Positions 22,801-36,258 are shown, counted from the whole stretch's first letter. The stretch: DNA of 62,755 bases, filler included, from Choristocarpus tenellus KU-1152 (GCA_964200185.2; 9 parts of 9 records of this genome joined end to end with filler, not necessarily neighbours in it), one strand, 5' to 3'. Numbers and translations: made by a program. The notes: generated by a model not told the origin, from the sequence alone.

Positions 22801-25484
22801 ATCATATTATGGTTCAGCAACAGAAACAATGAACATGATTGACCTTAGTGAGTTCCTACTTGTGCATAGTTTGGCTCCATCGTTTGATTGCTCGAACTCT
22901 CTAAAATTGGGCATTGGTCTCAGCAAGCGTTGAACGAACTCAACTGCAAACAAGAACCAATTCCACCCACCTCTTCCACGTTTGAGTGAAGGTGCATGGT
23001 GATGTTCTGGCATGAGCGTCTAGGAGAGTTTGCCTATGAGGTTGAAGCAGTGGTCGATTTGCCTGGCGCTGAGGCAGAGATACCCCTCCGAATATCTGCA
23101 GGACAGATGGATGGTGGAGGAGGGGCAATCCAGAGAGAGCTGAAGATCCCCAGCAAAAATCATTCTCTTCATAATGCGATGTTTGGCATTCTTCTAGAGA
23201 GGTGAGAGATGCAATGCAGGAGACCACTGGGAAAGAAGCCCTTATACTTCAAATTATCAAGTGCATACTGTATTTTATTAATGGTGTGGCTAGTTTTAAA
23301 GATAACATGTTTGAGGGTGTTTTATTCGCACAACTTTGCATGAAGACATATCTTTGTCAAAAGTAACATATAACCCCAAATATCAAAAAATAATCCACAC
23401 CTTCTGCAATGCCCCTTCCTTCCCCTCTGATACATCTGCCCTCTCGAATCTCCCCAAATTGAAACATGAACACATAACACCTGAAGGTTCCAAAGTGATC
23501 GCAAGAGCCGAGGACGCCAAGCTATAGTGAGTATGTCAACACACCTTGTAGAACCATCAAGTACTGGTTCGCTGGAGGAACCTGTTTTCTTTTCTATAGA
23601 GATAGATTCCCCATTCTTCCAGCTCAACAAAGATGTCATTGCCCTAGCGCTAGAAACAGGAGGAGGGGCAGGGGCTGGGGCTGGTGGGAGGTCGCCTGAG
23701 AGTGGTGGACTTGGGGCAGGGCGGATGACGGCACGTGAAGGGAGTGGGGGGGGCGGAGGGAAGCTTAAGGATAGCCTACCTAAGCATGTGGAGCTGATAG
23801 ATCCCGTACATGGATGCCAGGACGGAAGTGGAATGGAAACTCAGAGTCCACCACCTCTCCCTGACACAAACGTAGCTTTATTGAACTTCTTTCCAAAGGC
23901 TCCAGGTACATACTCTGCCAGGATCCTCGTCAAACGCCGCACGAGGCATGTTGCAGACATTCGGTGTTTCGACATCGCTGCTGTTGTTGATGCCCCAAGA
24001 AACGAAACTGCTTTGGTGTTCCGTGCTCCAGCTGGTCAAACAATAATCCAGGAGGTTGGCTGGTTACTCAGAGCAGAGATTGGATGGTTACACAGGACTT
24101 CAAGTATTTTCTTGAATCCTAGTACCTGAATCGAAACCTTCCATTCTTTAACTAACACTTTTTCATCTGATCCTACCACATAGTCAATATTCTTTGGTGT
24201 GCTTCAAATTTACATCCAGTACAAACAAATTTAGTTATGTTTTTATTTGCAACAACAGCGCAGTGAGGTCAAATGGCATTCGACTTGGAGTCTTGGCTAG
24301 AATCTTAGAAAGGCTGGAACAAGAACAATTAGAGATTGTCCGTTAAATGTGGAAATGCAAACGTGTTGATTGTGCATTGTGAGCAAAAGCTTCACATTCC
24401 CACTCATGCTAGCGTACTATTGGTAAATAAATTGCTTCACATTTGAATCCCAGCCATATATTCATCACTTTCAATTAGTATTTTCAAGTCTTGTTAATAT
24501 TCAAATCTTTTTTAATTGGCTCATACATATCCAAGCGTTACATATCATTTTAGTGCTAGCATGGTCTGGAATGATCAGGTACTGAACACCGTCAAATATT
24601 GAGCAAAGATATCCAAACTGATGCCCGATTCCACCACATGCGTCATCCTTGCAGCCTGAAAAGTGAGACAAAGTTGACCTCAGCTTTTACGTAGCCCTCA
24701 TGCCTCCCCTGTCAATAATTGGAGTTGCATCCATGCTTCCCTATCCCTTCCTGTAACTAGCAGCATCTGCCTTGGAACCCAAACAACAACGTGCTGAAAC
24801 CCGTCAGATACCTAATCAACATATCTGCAAGCAAGTCTGTCATTCATGGAATCCTACAATAATTTTTTGGATAGGTTCCTATCCATAACAATGGGGATGT
24901 GGACTGGAATCTGAATGCTGGACCACGGCAGCCTCCATTTGAAGGGCCCAGTGCACTGGTAGTACCTGCTCAAGGAAAGGTGCGGCAGATGTGAAAATGA
25001 AATGCACATGTCATGAAATGAATTTTGTGAATACCCCTAAGACTGTTTGAAATTAATGGAATGGGGCCCTATCTAACGCCAAGTAGTGCAACATTCTCCT
25101 TAGTAACCACGGTGAGTCAAAGACTTGCTAAGATCCAACCTTTTGACGATTAACTTCAGTGGAGGCTCGTCCTTATATTGTTACACCTCTACTACACAGT
25201 CTACCAATTTATTTCACCTATTCTCCCCTTCTATTTCCCCACCCCTTGCTTGACCATGCAGGCAACGTATGCACTGACATTCTCACCTCTTCGGCACAGT
25301 GAAAAGGAGATACTGTCCAAGTTGATATTGACAGACTCAAAGGCTAAGGATGTACCTGTGCGTTTTGAATTCAAGTTGAGGGGTACAGCCGAAGAGCCAT
25401 TGGCTGAGAGCCATCGATGCATCAAATGTAGTGCACGAGAGAGGGTAGAGGAGCTGTTCGTCATTAAGAACAGTTCAGCCAAAG
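19827..25484 (+). CDS. CFAP47: Partial CFAP47-like cilia/flagella protein. Exons ~19827-19923, 21013-21079, 21632-21970, 22408-22538, 22992-23201, 23487-24054, 24875-24979, 25262-25484; both ends missing
   Basis: GT-AG exons splice in frame. Ig-like/ASH-type motifs LPFTPGKYKC.VMF..E.LGEFAYEV, LNFFPKAPGTY, DIRCFDI, LVFRAPAGQTIIQEVPIHNNGDVDW, FEGP..LVVP...ATYALTFSP and LRGTAEEPLAESH..IKCSARE resemble the CFAP47 C-terminal region (recognised from memory). Confidence 0.7.
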
Positions 25485-26273
25485 GTGGGATAGAAATAGT
25501 CAAACCGTGCAGAAGGCTTCTGACAAATATATTGCGCATGATCTGAACTTAATTGCCTTTGTTTTTCCTTTTCTTCTATATATATATATGTTGATTTAAT
25601 CCCCCCCATCTCTTTCTGACAGGTATTTTGATGGCTTGCGCAATACATTCTATCTTCGTATGTTGCTGAATATTGGAAAGGGGTTAATAGATAATCTTGT
25701 TCAACGTTCGAGACATTACCTCAATACTATACATTTTTTCATTTCAGTGTATTCTTTTTGAACTCTGAAACTCATACCATATTTTCCAACGTAGAGATAG
25801 GAATATCACCAGAAATATGAACTGGCATAGAGCTTAGGTTGAATAAATTATGGTGGGGCTTGATTAGGAAATGAGATATATGTAAATAGTGCCAGAGTGG
25901 CTGTGACAAGATGGTATGCTGTCTTATATGAACATCCCAGCCCATCAAACAGAATACTCTAACCCTAATTCCAGTATACAAATTGTTTTTCGGAGATACA
26001 GGAGGTGCAGTCCCAGATCATAGACATGTGGTTTGAACTGCTTAATTTCGTATGTAGGTTTAGTGGTTTGCAGAATAATCACCTGAGCTGGGACTAGTTG
26101 CTTTTTCACAGTTAGATCAAGGTTATCCTCCTCAAAACACGGAGCAGAACATACCTCGAGAATAATGCCCTCCCACCAAGGTCTTGATTCCCTTTGCTGT
26201 GTCGTTCAGGACTTCTTCTAGTTTTGTGTTGTAGCCCAATGTGCAATGCACATCATTCTCCTCATTGTGTTAA

Positions 26274-26440
26274 GGCCCAAAGTATCTGAGGGGGGGGGGA
26301 GATCTGTACCAGGGTGTCCATTCGGGCCCTGACCAGGAGGAGTACACCTACATTATCCATCCAGCGCATGCAACCAAATTGCCCAAAATTCGCGACATGG
26401 AAAAATGGGCCCTGAGTGGACAGTCAGCACCCCCCCCCCC
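26274..26440. mobile_element. MITE family A copy, truncated near the spacer
   Basis: GGCCCAAAGTATCTGAGGGGG terminus; interior is the reverse complement of the 29281 copy. Confidence 0.75.
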
Positions 26441-26725
26441 CCCCCCCAACCCCTTGCCCTTAAACCACGGGGGCCTGGGGGGGGGNNNNNNNNNNNNNNN
26501 NNNNNNNNNNNNNNNNNNNNNNNNNNNNNTTAATTAATTAANNNNNNNNNNNNNNNNNNNNNNNNNNNNNNNNNNNNNNNNNNNNCAAGCTTCTGGGTCA
26601 AAGTATTTGGGGGAGGGGTGCCGACGTCCGTTTTTGACCCTCTCAACACGCTTAAGCGCCTAATCCAAACTCTAGCTAGGGGAGGCGCAGCCGGACTGGT
26701 TTAGTTTGAGGGTACTGCATCACTC

Positions 26726-27287
26726 ATGGCTACTGATGGGCTTCACAATAAACTCCTTCAGCTACAGATGACAACTATGTCGATTGGTTTGCTACAACTT
26801 GGGCATTTTTGGGCCCGAAGGGGGATATTGACGAGGCATTGGGGTACAGAGAGGAACCCATCAAGCGGGTGATATTGAGTTCATCAAGAAGGAAGGTGTG
26901 GATGAAGACGAGATCACCAAAGCCAAGAAGGTGTATGATGTCCTGCTAAGGAGCACCAGCGGGATTTACAGGTGAATTGTTCGCAATGCAGCCTCACCTT
27001 CAGCAGCTTGGCAACAACTGAGAGCTTGGCAACAACTGAGATACCATTTCCTCATTCATTCAGACGAGGAGGTAGCTCGACTTCAAAAGAAGGTGATGGC
27101 AATCAAGATGGAACGGGGTTCAGATCCCCAAATCACTTTTGCAAAGATATTGGACTGGGTTGACCAGATGGCGATCATGGGGCATGTGATGTCTGAGAAG
27201 GTGCTCGAGATCGCCATGTTAGACTGTTTGGATGATGATTACCAGATTACCAAACTTTATCTTCAACATCATCACAAAAGTGAGTGA
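26726..27287 (+). mobile_element. Ty1/Copia gag fragment (degenerate)
   Basis: MATDGLHNKLLQL..DDNYVDW, PSAAWQQL and MAIKMERGSDP..F.KI....DQM..MG..SEK..I.ML..L.DDY resemble a Copia gag (UBN2-type); frameshifted. The same 5' leader recurs at ~44813-44887. Confidence 0.6.
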
Positions 27288-27329
27288 TCGAGGGATACAA
27301 TACAACAAGCTGCTTTATCGTGCTACTTC

Positions 27330-27705
27330 TCCATCCAACGGGAGGTAGGAGCAATATCTTGGATGTCAATGGTACAGCTCTGTCTTCCACAGAGAGTGAA
27401 CACATAGCTCTTAGCAGTGTGGCACAGGAATTACTTTCTTGAGAAGCGTTTTGGAGTTTAGTCAGTCACAGTTTCCTAGGCATCACATTGGCATGTTTGA
27501 GGATAACATGGTGCATGCAAACTAGTGCGAAATGCCACAGGCTCTACCAGAACAAAGCACATTGATGTTCGACATCATTTTCTGAGGGATTTGTCTAGAA
27601 AAGGAGAGATTCGTGTTGTTTTTGTAGGTACTGCAAATCAGAGGGCAGATGTATTGACCAAGAATTTGCCAGTTCGAGGTTTTAGACAACATACGAAGTT
27701 TTGAT
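27330..27705 (+). mobile_element. Ty1/Copia RNase H fragment
   Basis: GAISW, SSTESEHIAL, FEDN, RTKHIDVRHHFLRD and QRADVLTKNL. Confidence 0.9.
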
Positions 27706-27744
27706 GAACATGTGAGATAACATGCACCTTGCGCAGACCAGATC

Positions 27745-28375
27745 TCTCAGGTACGTAGATGCATTCAACATACCGGAAGGACAAGATATTAAGGTTGGGG
27801 CGGATGACTTCAACTGCGAAGGGATAGACCTGGAGCAACTACGCAAGGCTGAAGTGGTGTGGGAATCACTGGTCACCACTTGCAAGGGAGTTGCTTTCGA
27901 GATTTTGCAGAGTGTCCGATCACCAAGTGAAACTTGACAACAGCTGAACCAGTACTACCGAGCAGTGGGATTCAGTGAACAGTGCAATCTTCTGCTCAAG
28001 TTGAACTCAATGAAAACGTAGGTAGGCGAAGGCCCAGAGAAGTTCACCCCTTCAGGTCGACCGTGTCGCTAAGCAATTATAGCCACTCGGGACGGCTGCC
28101 TGACTCCATTTTCATTGAGTTCAACTTGAACAGAAGGCGCGATGCTTGCTGAATCCCACTGTCGGTAGTACTGGTTCAGCTTTTGCCAAGGTTCACTTGG
28201 TGATCGGACACTCTGCACGATCTCGAAGGCGACTCCCTTGCAGGTGGTGACCAGTGATACCTACGCTGCTTCACTGCGTAGGTGCTCCAGGTCTACCCCC
28301 TCGCAGTTGAAGTCATCCATCCCAACCTTAATATCTTGTCCTTCCGGTATGCCGAATGCATCTACGTATCTGAGA
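27745..28375. repeat. Long inverted repeat of a Copia-gag-like segment (arms ~27745-28027 and ~28098-28375)
   Basis: The second arm is a reverse complement of the first along its length; ORFs 27638..27838(-) and 28282..(+) both begin MLQVYP.AVEVI.PNLNILSFRY.ECIYV. Confidence 0.92.
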
Positions 28376-29898
28376 CGGTGGAAATGTACAAATGTCACCT
28401 AGTACCTCAAGGATTCCGCGAAATAAAACGGCTACACCTCCAAGAATTTCTCTCACCTCGACCGGTGATCAGCATAATAATAATAATAATAATAATACGT
28501 TTTGCAAGCGTGGCAATAGAATACCTGGAGCTGCAGCATCTAGATGTAGAAAAAACTTTCCTCAAGGTTGATGTGGATGAGGAAATATACGTTGAGCTAC
28601 CCAAAGAATTCTAGACATTTTGAGGGGCAGTGAGCGGGTTAAACAAGTCGATTTATGGTCTTGTTCAGGATGGGAGATGCTGAAACATTAAGCTCTCTGA
28701 CGAACTCAAGACGTTAGGATTCGGGCAGTCACATGTTGACCCTTGCATACTCAGGAAAATCATGGACGGAGAACCTGAAGTGATGGTCATCATTCATGTG
28801 GATGACATCCTAGTAGCTGTCAAAGGAGCTGAGATGATGGAGAAATTCGTTTTGGACCTGGGCAGAAGACATAAGATCAACGGCCTAGAAGACAGAGAGT
28901 GCACGTTGTAATCCCAGACCATCACAGATCGTTTCAATATTGGGCAAAACAAACTTGATCGCGGCACCTGCTGGAATAGTGCCTCTATCAACGAAGCACG
29001 GGTCACAGGCGCTTGAGGAGAAGGAGAAGATGTGGGGATTCCATACAGGGAGGCAGTGGAGGCTGTCATGTGGGCGTTGACCATGACGCACCCAAATATT
29101 GCATTTGGTGTCCGTATGGCAGTGGCAAACTTCTGTGCCAATCCAGAGGAGATGCACTGGAAGGCTAACATGAAAATTCTGTAAAACCTGCTGCAGACTA
29201 AGGGCCTGGGGCTCACATATGGTGGACTTAACGATGATAGGGTTAATATGTCAGCATTCGTGAACATGGAGCATATCACAGGCTCAAAGTATCTGGGGGG
29301 GGTGGCAGCTGTCCAGTTGGGGTCAATTTTTTATGTCGCAATTTTTGGATGATTTGGTTGGATATGTCGGATGGATAATGTACGTTAACCTTTCCTGGTT
29401 ATGACCCAAATGGACACCCTGGTGTAGAACCCCCCCCGCCCCCCGCCCCCCAGATACTTTGAGCCACTTGCCCAGACAGACGATCAGTGTTAGGGGGGAC
29501 TGCATTGTTTGGAAGAGTGGCTATTACCTGGTTCTCGTGAGCCCAGGGGGTGACAGCTGTAGCCACTTCAGAGTCGGAGTACGTTCCCCGATTGGAGGTT
29601 GTGGAGGGGGTTGTATTTCTCCACCATTACTTTATTATGTCGAATCTGATGGTCTATTCTATCCCCATCATGGAGGACAATCAAAGGGCTATCAAACAGG
29701 CAAACAAACCCTTCAACATTAAGAGGACAAGGCACATTGACATCAAGCAATGACTTCATTCGTGATGCAATCCAGGCACACGAGGTCTACATCATCTACT
29801 TGAAGACTATGAACCAGCATGTAAATGTGATCACCAAGGTATTGGGTTCGAAGTCGTTTGAACAGCACATTGTTGCATTGATGCATCAAAAATGAATA
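28376..29898 (+). mobile_element. Ty1/Copia reverse transcriptase + RNase H remnant, interrupted by a MITE
   Basis: YKCHLVPQGF, HLDVEKTFL...VDEEIYVELP, LNKSIYGLVQ, LGFGQSHVDPC, IHVDDIL, PYREAV, ATSESEYV, EDNQRAI and RTRHIDIK; several stops. Confidence 0.92.
29281..29465. mobile_element. MITE family A (185 bp), complete copy; others at ~42151-42315, ~51458-51527 and ~51628-51780
   Basis: TIRs GGCTCAAAGTATCTGGGGG / CCCCCAGATACTTTGAGCC; splits the Copia RT-RNase H junction. Confidence 0.9.
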
Positions 29899-29948
29899 AA
29901 TTGTAACTTTCTGGATAAGAGCAGTATGAATGTTCATCTGACTTGGAG

Positions 29949-30632
29949 GTTAATGTGCATAGGGGAGTAAGGCCTTCTTTGGGAGCGCTCCTATAGTTGG
30001 GGAACACCAAATGGAACCTTTCTCACGTCCTTTTCGAACCATTTTCTGAACCGTATGACTTATTTTCGAACCATTTTGCTATAGTAAATGTTTTAATGCG
30101 CTTTTGGGGGCTTTTCAAAGACCTTTTTCACATCTTTTTAGCTATATTTCTTGGAAATTGGTAATATTTTTGGGGATGCTGCAGTACACAGCGGAGATCC
30201 TCTGTCCACTGTAATATCTTTTTCATTTCTTCTTTGCACGCATTTTTGAAAACCTAACCCTGTGTCTAACCCTAACTCTTAACAAAAACATGGTACAGAG
30301 TGGTCTGGTCGTGCCCGAAAACAACCCCCCCCCAAAAAAAATGGCCAAATGACCAAAGTAACATCACTAAAATGACACGAAGATGTCTTTAAAATGTCCC
30401 CCAAAACGCGTCAAAATGGTTCGAAAAAATGATGCAAAATGGGTTCCTTGATGGCGCCAAAACGGTCCGAAAATGATGCGAAGTGGTTTCTGCAATGACG
30501 TCGAAAATGTTTCGGAAAAAAGTTCGAAAAATTCGAAAAAAAAAGAGAGGTTAGAAATGTTCCACTCGGTGTTCCCCAAGTGCAGCCTGGGGGTGGTCCC
30601 AAAGAAGGCTTAGCTCCCCAGTGCACATTAAC
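29949..30632. mobile_element. Non-autonomous DNA transposon-like element with ~80-bp terminal inverted repeats
   Basis: GTTAATGTGCATAGGGGAGTAAGGCCTTCTTTGGGA...TTGGGGAACACC at the left mirrors GGTGTTCCCCAA...TCCCAAAGAAGGCTTAGCTCCCCAGTGCACATTAAC at the right; non-coding interior. Confidence 0.75.
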
Positions 30633-30859
30633 GTAACTAGAATCAACAGGGGAGATTTGGTGAGCCTAGGATCTGAGTGCATATTCGGACATTATCAGCT
30701 TCTTGTTTGAGACAAAAAAATCAACTAAGAGGATTTGGAGTGTACATCTTCGTAGAGCAAGGTGGTGGTGTAGGTGTTGAGAGGAGCTCTACAGGCCTGT
30801 TAGGGCGTTTATTGTCGTACATTGGATGTGGCGGAATAAAACGAGATTTCGTATGATAC

Positions 30860-31165
30860 GAGCCAAAGTATCTTAGGGGGTAGAGCCGTGTCCATTTGGG
30901 AACCAAAATCCAATGTTGCAATTTTTATGTAATTTTGGCTGTTGTTTTTGTTAGGAAGTGTCAATATCTATGTTTTGGACACACCTTTTCNNNNNNNNNN
31001 NNNNNNNNNNNNNNNNNNNNNNNNNNNNNNNNNNTTAATTAATTAANNNNNNNNNNNNNNNNNNNNNNNNNNNNNNNNNNNNNNNNNNNNGTGTTTGTTA
31101 GGAAGTGTCAATATCTATGTTTCGGACACACCTTTCATAACATATACATTTTACCTACTCCGAAC
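30860..31165. mobile_element. MITE family B copy split by an assembly spacer
   Basis: GAGCCAAAGTATCTTAGGGGGTAGAGCC start; overlapping interior sequence on both sides of the gap. Confidence 0.8.
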
Positions 31166-32729
31166 GTGGACATTGACACACAGCATTTTTTACTTCCATT
31201 GTTTACGGGTGGTGGCTTTGAAGGCACTGCAGGCTTACGCTACTTTTCTCCATCTCTACTTCTACATCATAATGGATAATGGGGACAATTAGAGATCCTG
31301 TCACGGATGGTATGCCAAGGAAGAAGGAATGAGGTATGTGTGATAGATGTCAAAATATAACACAGAAGAGGTTGCGTATAAAATCTGTCAAAAGGTTTAC
31401 AGGTAACAAGTGAGAGGTGACTTCTACAACTCCTTCCATGTAGAAGTGCTTCCAATTTCTGCTTCACTCTGGAGTAAAATCCTATTCCAGCTGCCTGCCT
31501 CTCACTCAAACGTCAACATACATACAACAACATACTGAACTGAATTTGCGGCATCTCTCTCCCCTTTTGTATTGACCAATATATCAGCCATACACTCCAA
31601 ACGTAGATATTTGCAATGATGGGTCAAGATAAGGTGGTCTTCCTCCAGCAAGCCGCCTAACTTTACCATTGATAACTCACTGTCTGCCTTAAAGGCAGAT
31701 TGTGCGTCTTCATCTGACCCTTCATCTTCCTTGCCATCAACCTCCACACACTAAGAACATACCTTACAGATGGGTCAACAACATAAACTCGTGGAGGTCT
31801 TCAGTGTACCTGGGCACATCATGTCTTACTCTGCAATCCTTCGTATGTTTAGTATCCTCTGTATGATATGGTTGTTGGTGTAACTGTGTTTTTCCTTCTC
31901 TCCTACAACTACAGTATTCTAGAAAATAAAAATAAAAAATGACTAATTGTTCCCAAGTTTTTCCGTTTCGTTTAAACCGAGATTTAATCTGATCGGTCCG
32001 ATTGATAACACTAAATTAATTTTCCTAATGTGTGACTAAAAGATAATTGTGAATTAATAGTGATTTGTCCCTACTTCATCTTGATACAAAAAAATCTTAA
32101 GTTGTGATTTTGTAAGGAAGACAGAACAGTTGCATAAAAAATCTTATTGATATTTAATATGGAAGAAAAATGTGTACAGATCTTAGGCTCAAAGTAGTAA
32201 TTACATGGGAAAGTTTATGAAGTAATCTGAGTTTTGGGGGCGGAAGAATTATGGTAGTAATGTGGTACGGGGGAAGGGAGGGGACAGAGAGAAGAATAAG
32301 ATTTAGCAAGAAGGGAACGAACAGCTAACCCTAAGTGACTAAGAGAGGGAGGAGAGAAGTTAAAGAAATGGGTGGTAGGTGGAGGTACAGGGGAAGAAGG
32401 AACTGTCAGTATTGAAACGATTGCTGAGGGCTGGGGGTACAAGACGAGGAGGGCGAGAACAAGACAACCTCCGAGCAAGCTCTCCCGCCCCACCCACCAT
32501 GTCGCTTGTTCACGACCGATGGGGATGCTGGGAAAGGGGGGGGGAGGTCAAGTTCGGGCGGGGTGGATGTCTTCTAGCCCAAAGGCTCAGTATGAAGTGG
32601 ATGATGAAGGGGTGTTCTTGGATTATTGTTGAGAGGTGTTGAGAGGTGTGGGGATGAGTGGAGGTGTAGCTGGTGTGGGGTTAAGGGGAGTGGTAACTTG
32701 TGTGAGGTTGAAGGGTTGGGTGGTTGACT

Positions 32730-32985
32730 TGAAATCAGTGGCGAAGGGGTCGCACTGGTTGGTCATCAGTTGTGGGGGGTGACTGGAAATCAGTGGCGAA
32801 GGGGGTTCACCCTGGTTGGTCCTCAGATGGGGGTAAGGGGGCTCGTCCTGGTTGGTCATCAGAGGTGCACGTTGGCTGGAGTTCAGTAGTAAAAGGGGTT
32901 CGCGTTGGTTGACCATCGCCAAGGTGGGGGAAGACGGGAAATCAGTGGGGAAGAGGTCGCACTACTGGGTGGTCATAAGTAGGGG
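32730..32985. repeat. Degenerate tandem repeat with a TGGTTGGTCATCAG core
   Basis: About six recurrences of (C)TGGTTGGTCATCAG / GAAATCAGTGGCGAAGGGG variants. Confidence 0.55.
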
Positions 32986-34799
32986 TACAATTGGGAGGGA
33001 AAGGGGAAAGGGTGACTTGCAATCAAAGAATAAAATGATAACATTCCATAATTCATGAGCAAAACAATACAATCCTTCATTCCTTTGTTCTATCCTAGTA
33101 CAAAAATTTTACCCCCCAGTTTGTACATTGTGGAGTCCCCGGTATGTTCTTGCGTAATAAGACATCTCTAGTGTGTCATGTCGAAGTTCCTTAATTAACT
33201 TTCTTATGTCGTATGCTGTATAATATTCCATATGTTGGTGGTCAATGCTTGCATTTTGCGCGATTAGGTGCCACCCTGTCAAACATTTACAAATATTTTT
33301 GCATACCACCCTCCTATTTGTATTATCCTATCTGCGAAAGATGTACAAACTGTCCCTTAGTGCATGCAAGCACATTTATTTGAATCCCTCTGCTGTAATG
33401 ATTTACCCTTACATGAAAGAATTGTACAAATCACAATGTGTTGATTTGTCAACATCATGTTGTTGGAAGATTTGTCCCACACCACTCTCAGAAGAAGTAT
33501 AAATGGATACATCCCTCCCGTAGAGTTTGGACTCGCAGTCAGCAGATCTCTAGGAAGGGAGGAAGTCCTATACAATAGATGCTCAGTGGCCGGGTGCAGG
33601 AGGCATAATATCGACTCCCAAGAAGCGTATGCGTGCCCTAGGGCAGTAGGACAGGTGCGCCAGCACACACAGATGGTTATTCGTCTATGCCAACTTTGTA
33701 CGGGAATGGGCATCCCTTGCACTATGGAGGATAGTGGCCCATTCACAGTGGACGGGAACTTCCGCATGAGTGTGGTACTTCCATGCTGGGCCACTTGTGT
33801 TACAGGCAATATCTTAAACGCAGTTTCATAAACGCCATTATAACCTTGAGATCCTAGATTCTATATATTTGTACTACTTTACCCTCTATTTGTTTTTCAG
33901 TCATTACGAGGCCACACACTTAGAACAAGTACTTTGTCCAGTCCTTTTTCTGCCCCAACGATAAACAATGAAGTGAACAATCGAAGTGAGAGATCCAGCA
34001 TATATGGCGACATATACACTATGGAGCATTCTACGACCTTCATGGTTGACATTGTGGATGATAGTAGCCGATAAGTGCCTCTACCACGCGTTACTGTGAA
34101 AATAGTGTGAACCACTCGATATATATTCAGTAGATAGAGCTATGCTCAAGAATGACATTGAAAAATTGCACGATTTATGATATTTCGAATTGTTGACGGT
34201 ATTGTAGTAGGAAAAGAAAAGGCTTCATTTAACAGAGGATTTTCAAAATTGAGGATAGAGCGGGGCTATGAGGATGGTTGTTATGCGAAAAAGGTTTTTA
34301 AAAAGTACCGAAAGATTTTTTTTTGCGACTGTTTTTGNNNNNNNNNNNNNNNNNNNNNNNNNNNNNNNNNNNNNNNNNNNNTTAATTAATTAANNNNNNN
34401 NNNNNNNNNNNNNNNNNNNNNNNNNNNNNNNNNNNNNCTGACATTTCAAATCCGACACGTGCAACCAAATCACACCAAAAAAGTGAAAATCGAAAAAGGG
34501 TGAAAAACGGACGCCAGCACTCCACCCCCAGATACTTTAATCCCGTTACCGTTTCCATCGTTGTTGCCACCATCCACAGCTTCATCACCATCGGCCCATG
34601 CAGCTTCAGATTCATCCCCATCAACTAATCCCTCTTCAACCTAGGGGGTTCCTTCATCATCATCATTAGCACATTCATCCCCCATCTCCTGGATTTGAGC
34701 AGTCCCTCTGCGTGCATGGGGAAGAAGGATGTGCCCTGGAATGTCGTCCAAATCTTCATCATCCCGTTTGAAATCAGAAATTGCAAAGCGTACTCTGCT

Positions 34800-35290
34800 A
34801 TCCTTGGTGAGGGGTGCCAATGGACGTTGGCTCGCTGAAGTACACCATCAGTTGTGAAATCCAGGAGGCGGAAGGTGCCACGGGGTTGATTATTTGATAT
34901 CCTGAGCATGATGCACCATTTTCCCCACAGCTCCCAAGCTTGTGTCCTGGGCTGGACTTATAGTATCTCGGGGTGCCAAACGTCGGGACACCCATTGCAG
35001 CCCAACTTCCCCACAAAGTACGCGATAAGGTGAGATCCCCTTATTTGCAGGAGTAGTTCTTCTGTTGTGGATGAATGCTGAATGATTATACACCTTTACA
35101 CACAACCACATTTTTCCCCCCAATCCCGAAGAGTTAATGCTGGCCCTGGCACCGCTTTCTACTTGAGCGATGCGACATACGACCACACCATTGTACTGGG
35201 GTTCCCCTGTCCTGGCCATTTCCTGCACTGCACCCATTTCTATTACCATTACCAAATCCCGAAATTCCTCACTCTGCCACTCACCCCCAT
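34800..35290 (-). mobile_element. Ty1/Copia integrase remnant
   Basis: TGEPQYNGVV..RIA.V..GARA....SGLGGKMW, NR.TTPANKGISPY, FGTP.Y.....HKL...GE(K)CIML.I.NNQPRGTFRLLD and QRANVHWHP. Confidence 0.8.
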
Positions 35291-35654
35291 GATCATGTCG
35301 GATATATCAAATGCACCACCCATTGGGAAGTAATTCGGCCTTGAATCACTGCCTGAGGGCTTTGACTGCATTGTTTTTTTTCTGGAGTAGTCGTATTGAG
35401 GTGAAGCGAGTTGCATTGTCGACAATTGCCAGGGCGTACTCGGCCCCACCAAGAGATCGAACTTTCTTGGGTGTCCCGTGCGGTCGATGAAGATTCGGGT
35501 GAATAGTCCTCTAGCTCAGACAGTGGTGGACTTGGGGACGGGATCTTTGATTCAAACTCCCTTAGCATACCCCACATATTGCAATGACGCTAGTTTTCCG
35601 GACAACTGGATGCCCTATTCTCTAGCTGTGTGATGGAAGATGTGCTCACTAGCA

Positions 35655-36258
35655 GGGTTCTAATGGTAAGAAATGCAAGGCATCCAATTTGGAAATGTTG
35701 GTGATACCACGGCTGACAGCTGGTGTGTACACGGTTTGAATGGTGATACATAAAGAGCATATCCTACGAAAATGTTGGTGATACCACAGCTGAACTCTGG
35801 CGTGTACACGGTTCAAATAAATTGTGATAAATACAGGGCACCAATTTGAAAGTGTTGGTGATACCACGGCTAACAGCCTACGTGTACACGGTTCTAGTGG
35901 TGATATATACGGGGGCATCTCCTTTGAAAATGTTGGTAATACCACTAGTGACAGCTGGTGTGTGCAAGGCTCTAATGATGATAAATAGAGGGCGTCCAAT
36001 TTGGAAATGTTGGTGATATCATGGCTGACAGCTGGTGTGTACACGATTCTAATGGTGGTAAATACGGGGCAGCGAATTTGAAAATGCTGATAGCACTATT
36101 GGCAGCTGGCGTGTACCCGGTTCGAATGGTGATAAATACAGGACATCTCCTTTGAAAATATTGGTGATAGCACTAGTGACAGTTGGTGTGTACCCGGTTC
36201 GAATGGTGATAAATTCAGGGCTACTAGTTTTTAAATGTTGGTGATACCACGGCTGACT
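35655..36258. repeat. ~77-bp minisatellite, ~8 diverged units
   Basis: AAATGTTGGTGATACCACGGCTGACAGCTGGTGTGTACACGGTT recurs at intervals of 74-80 nt. Confidence 0.9.

Noticed and set aside
31190-31870. Exon-like minus-strand segments (EVDGKEDEGSDEDAQSAFK...)
   Set aside because: Could not be joined into an open frame and no family was recognised.
33457-33831. CxxC...VDGNFR, suggestive of a KDZ/CxC transposase
   Set aside because: One short motif; no downstream KDZ core visible.
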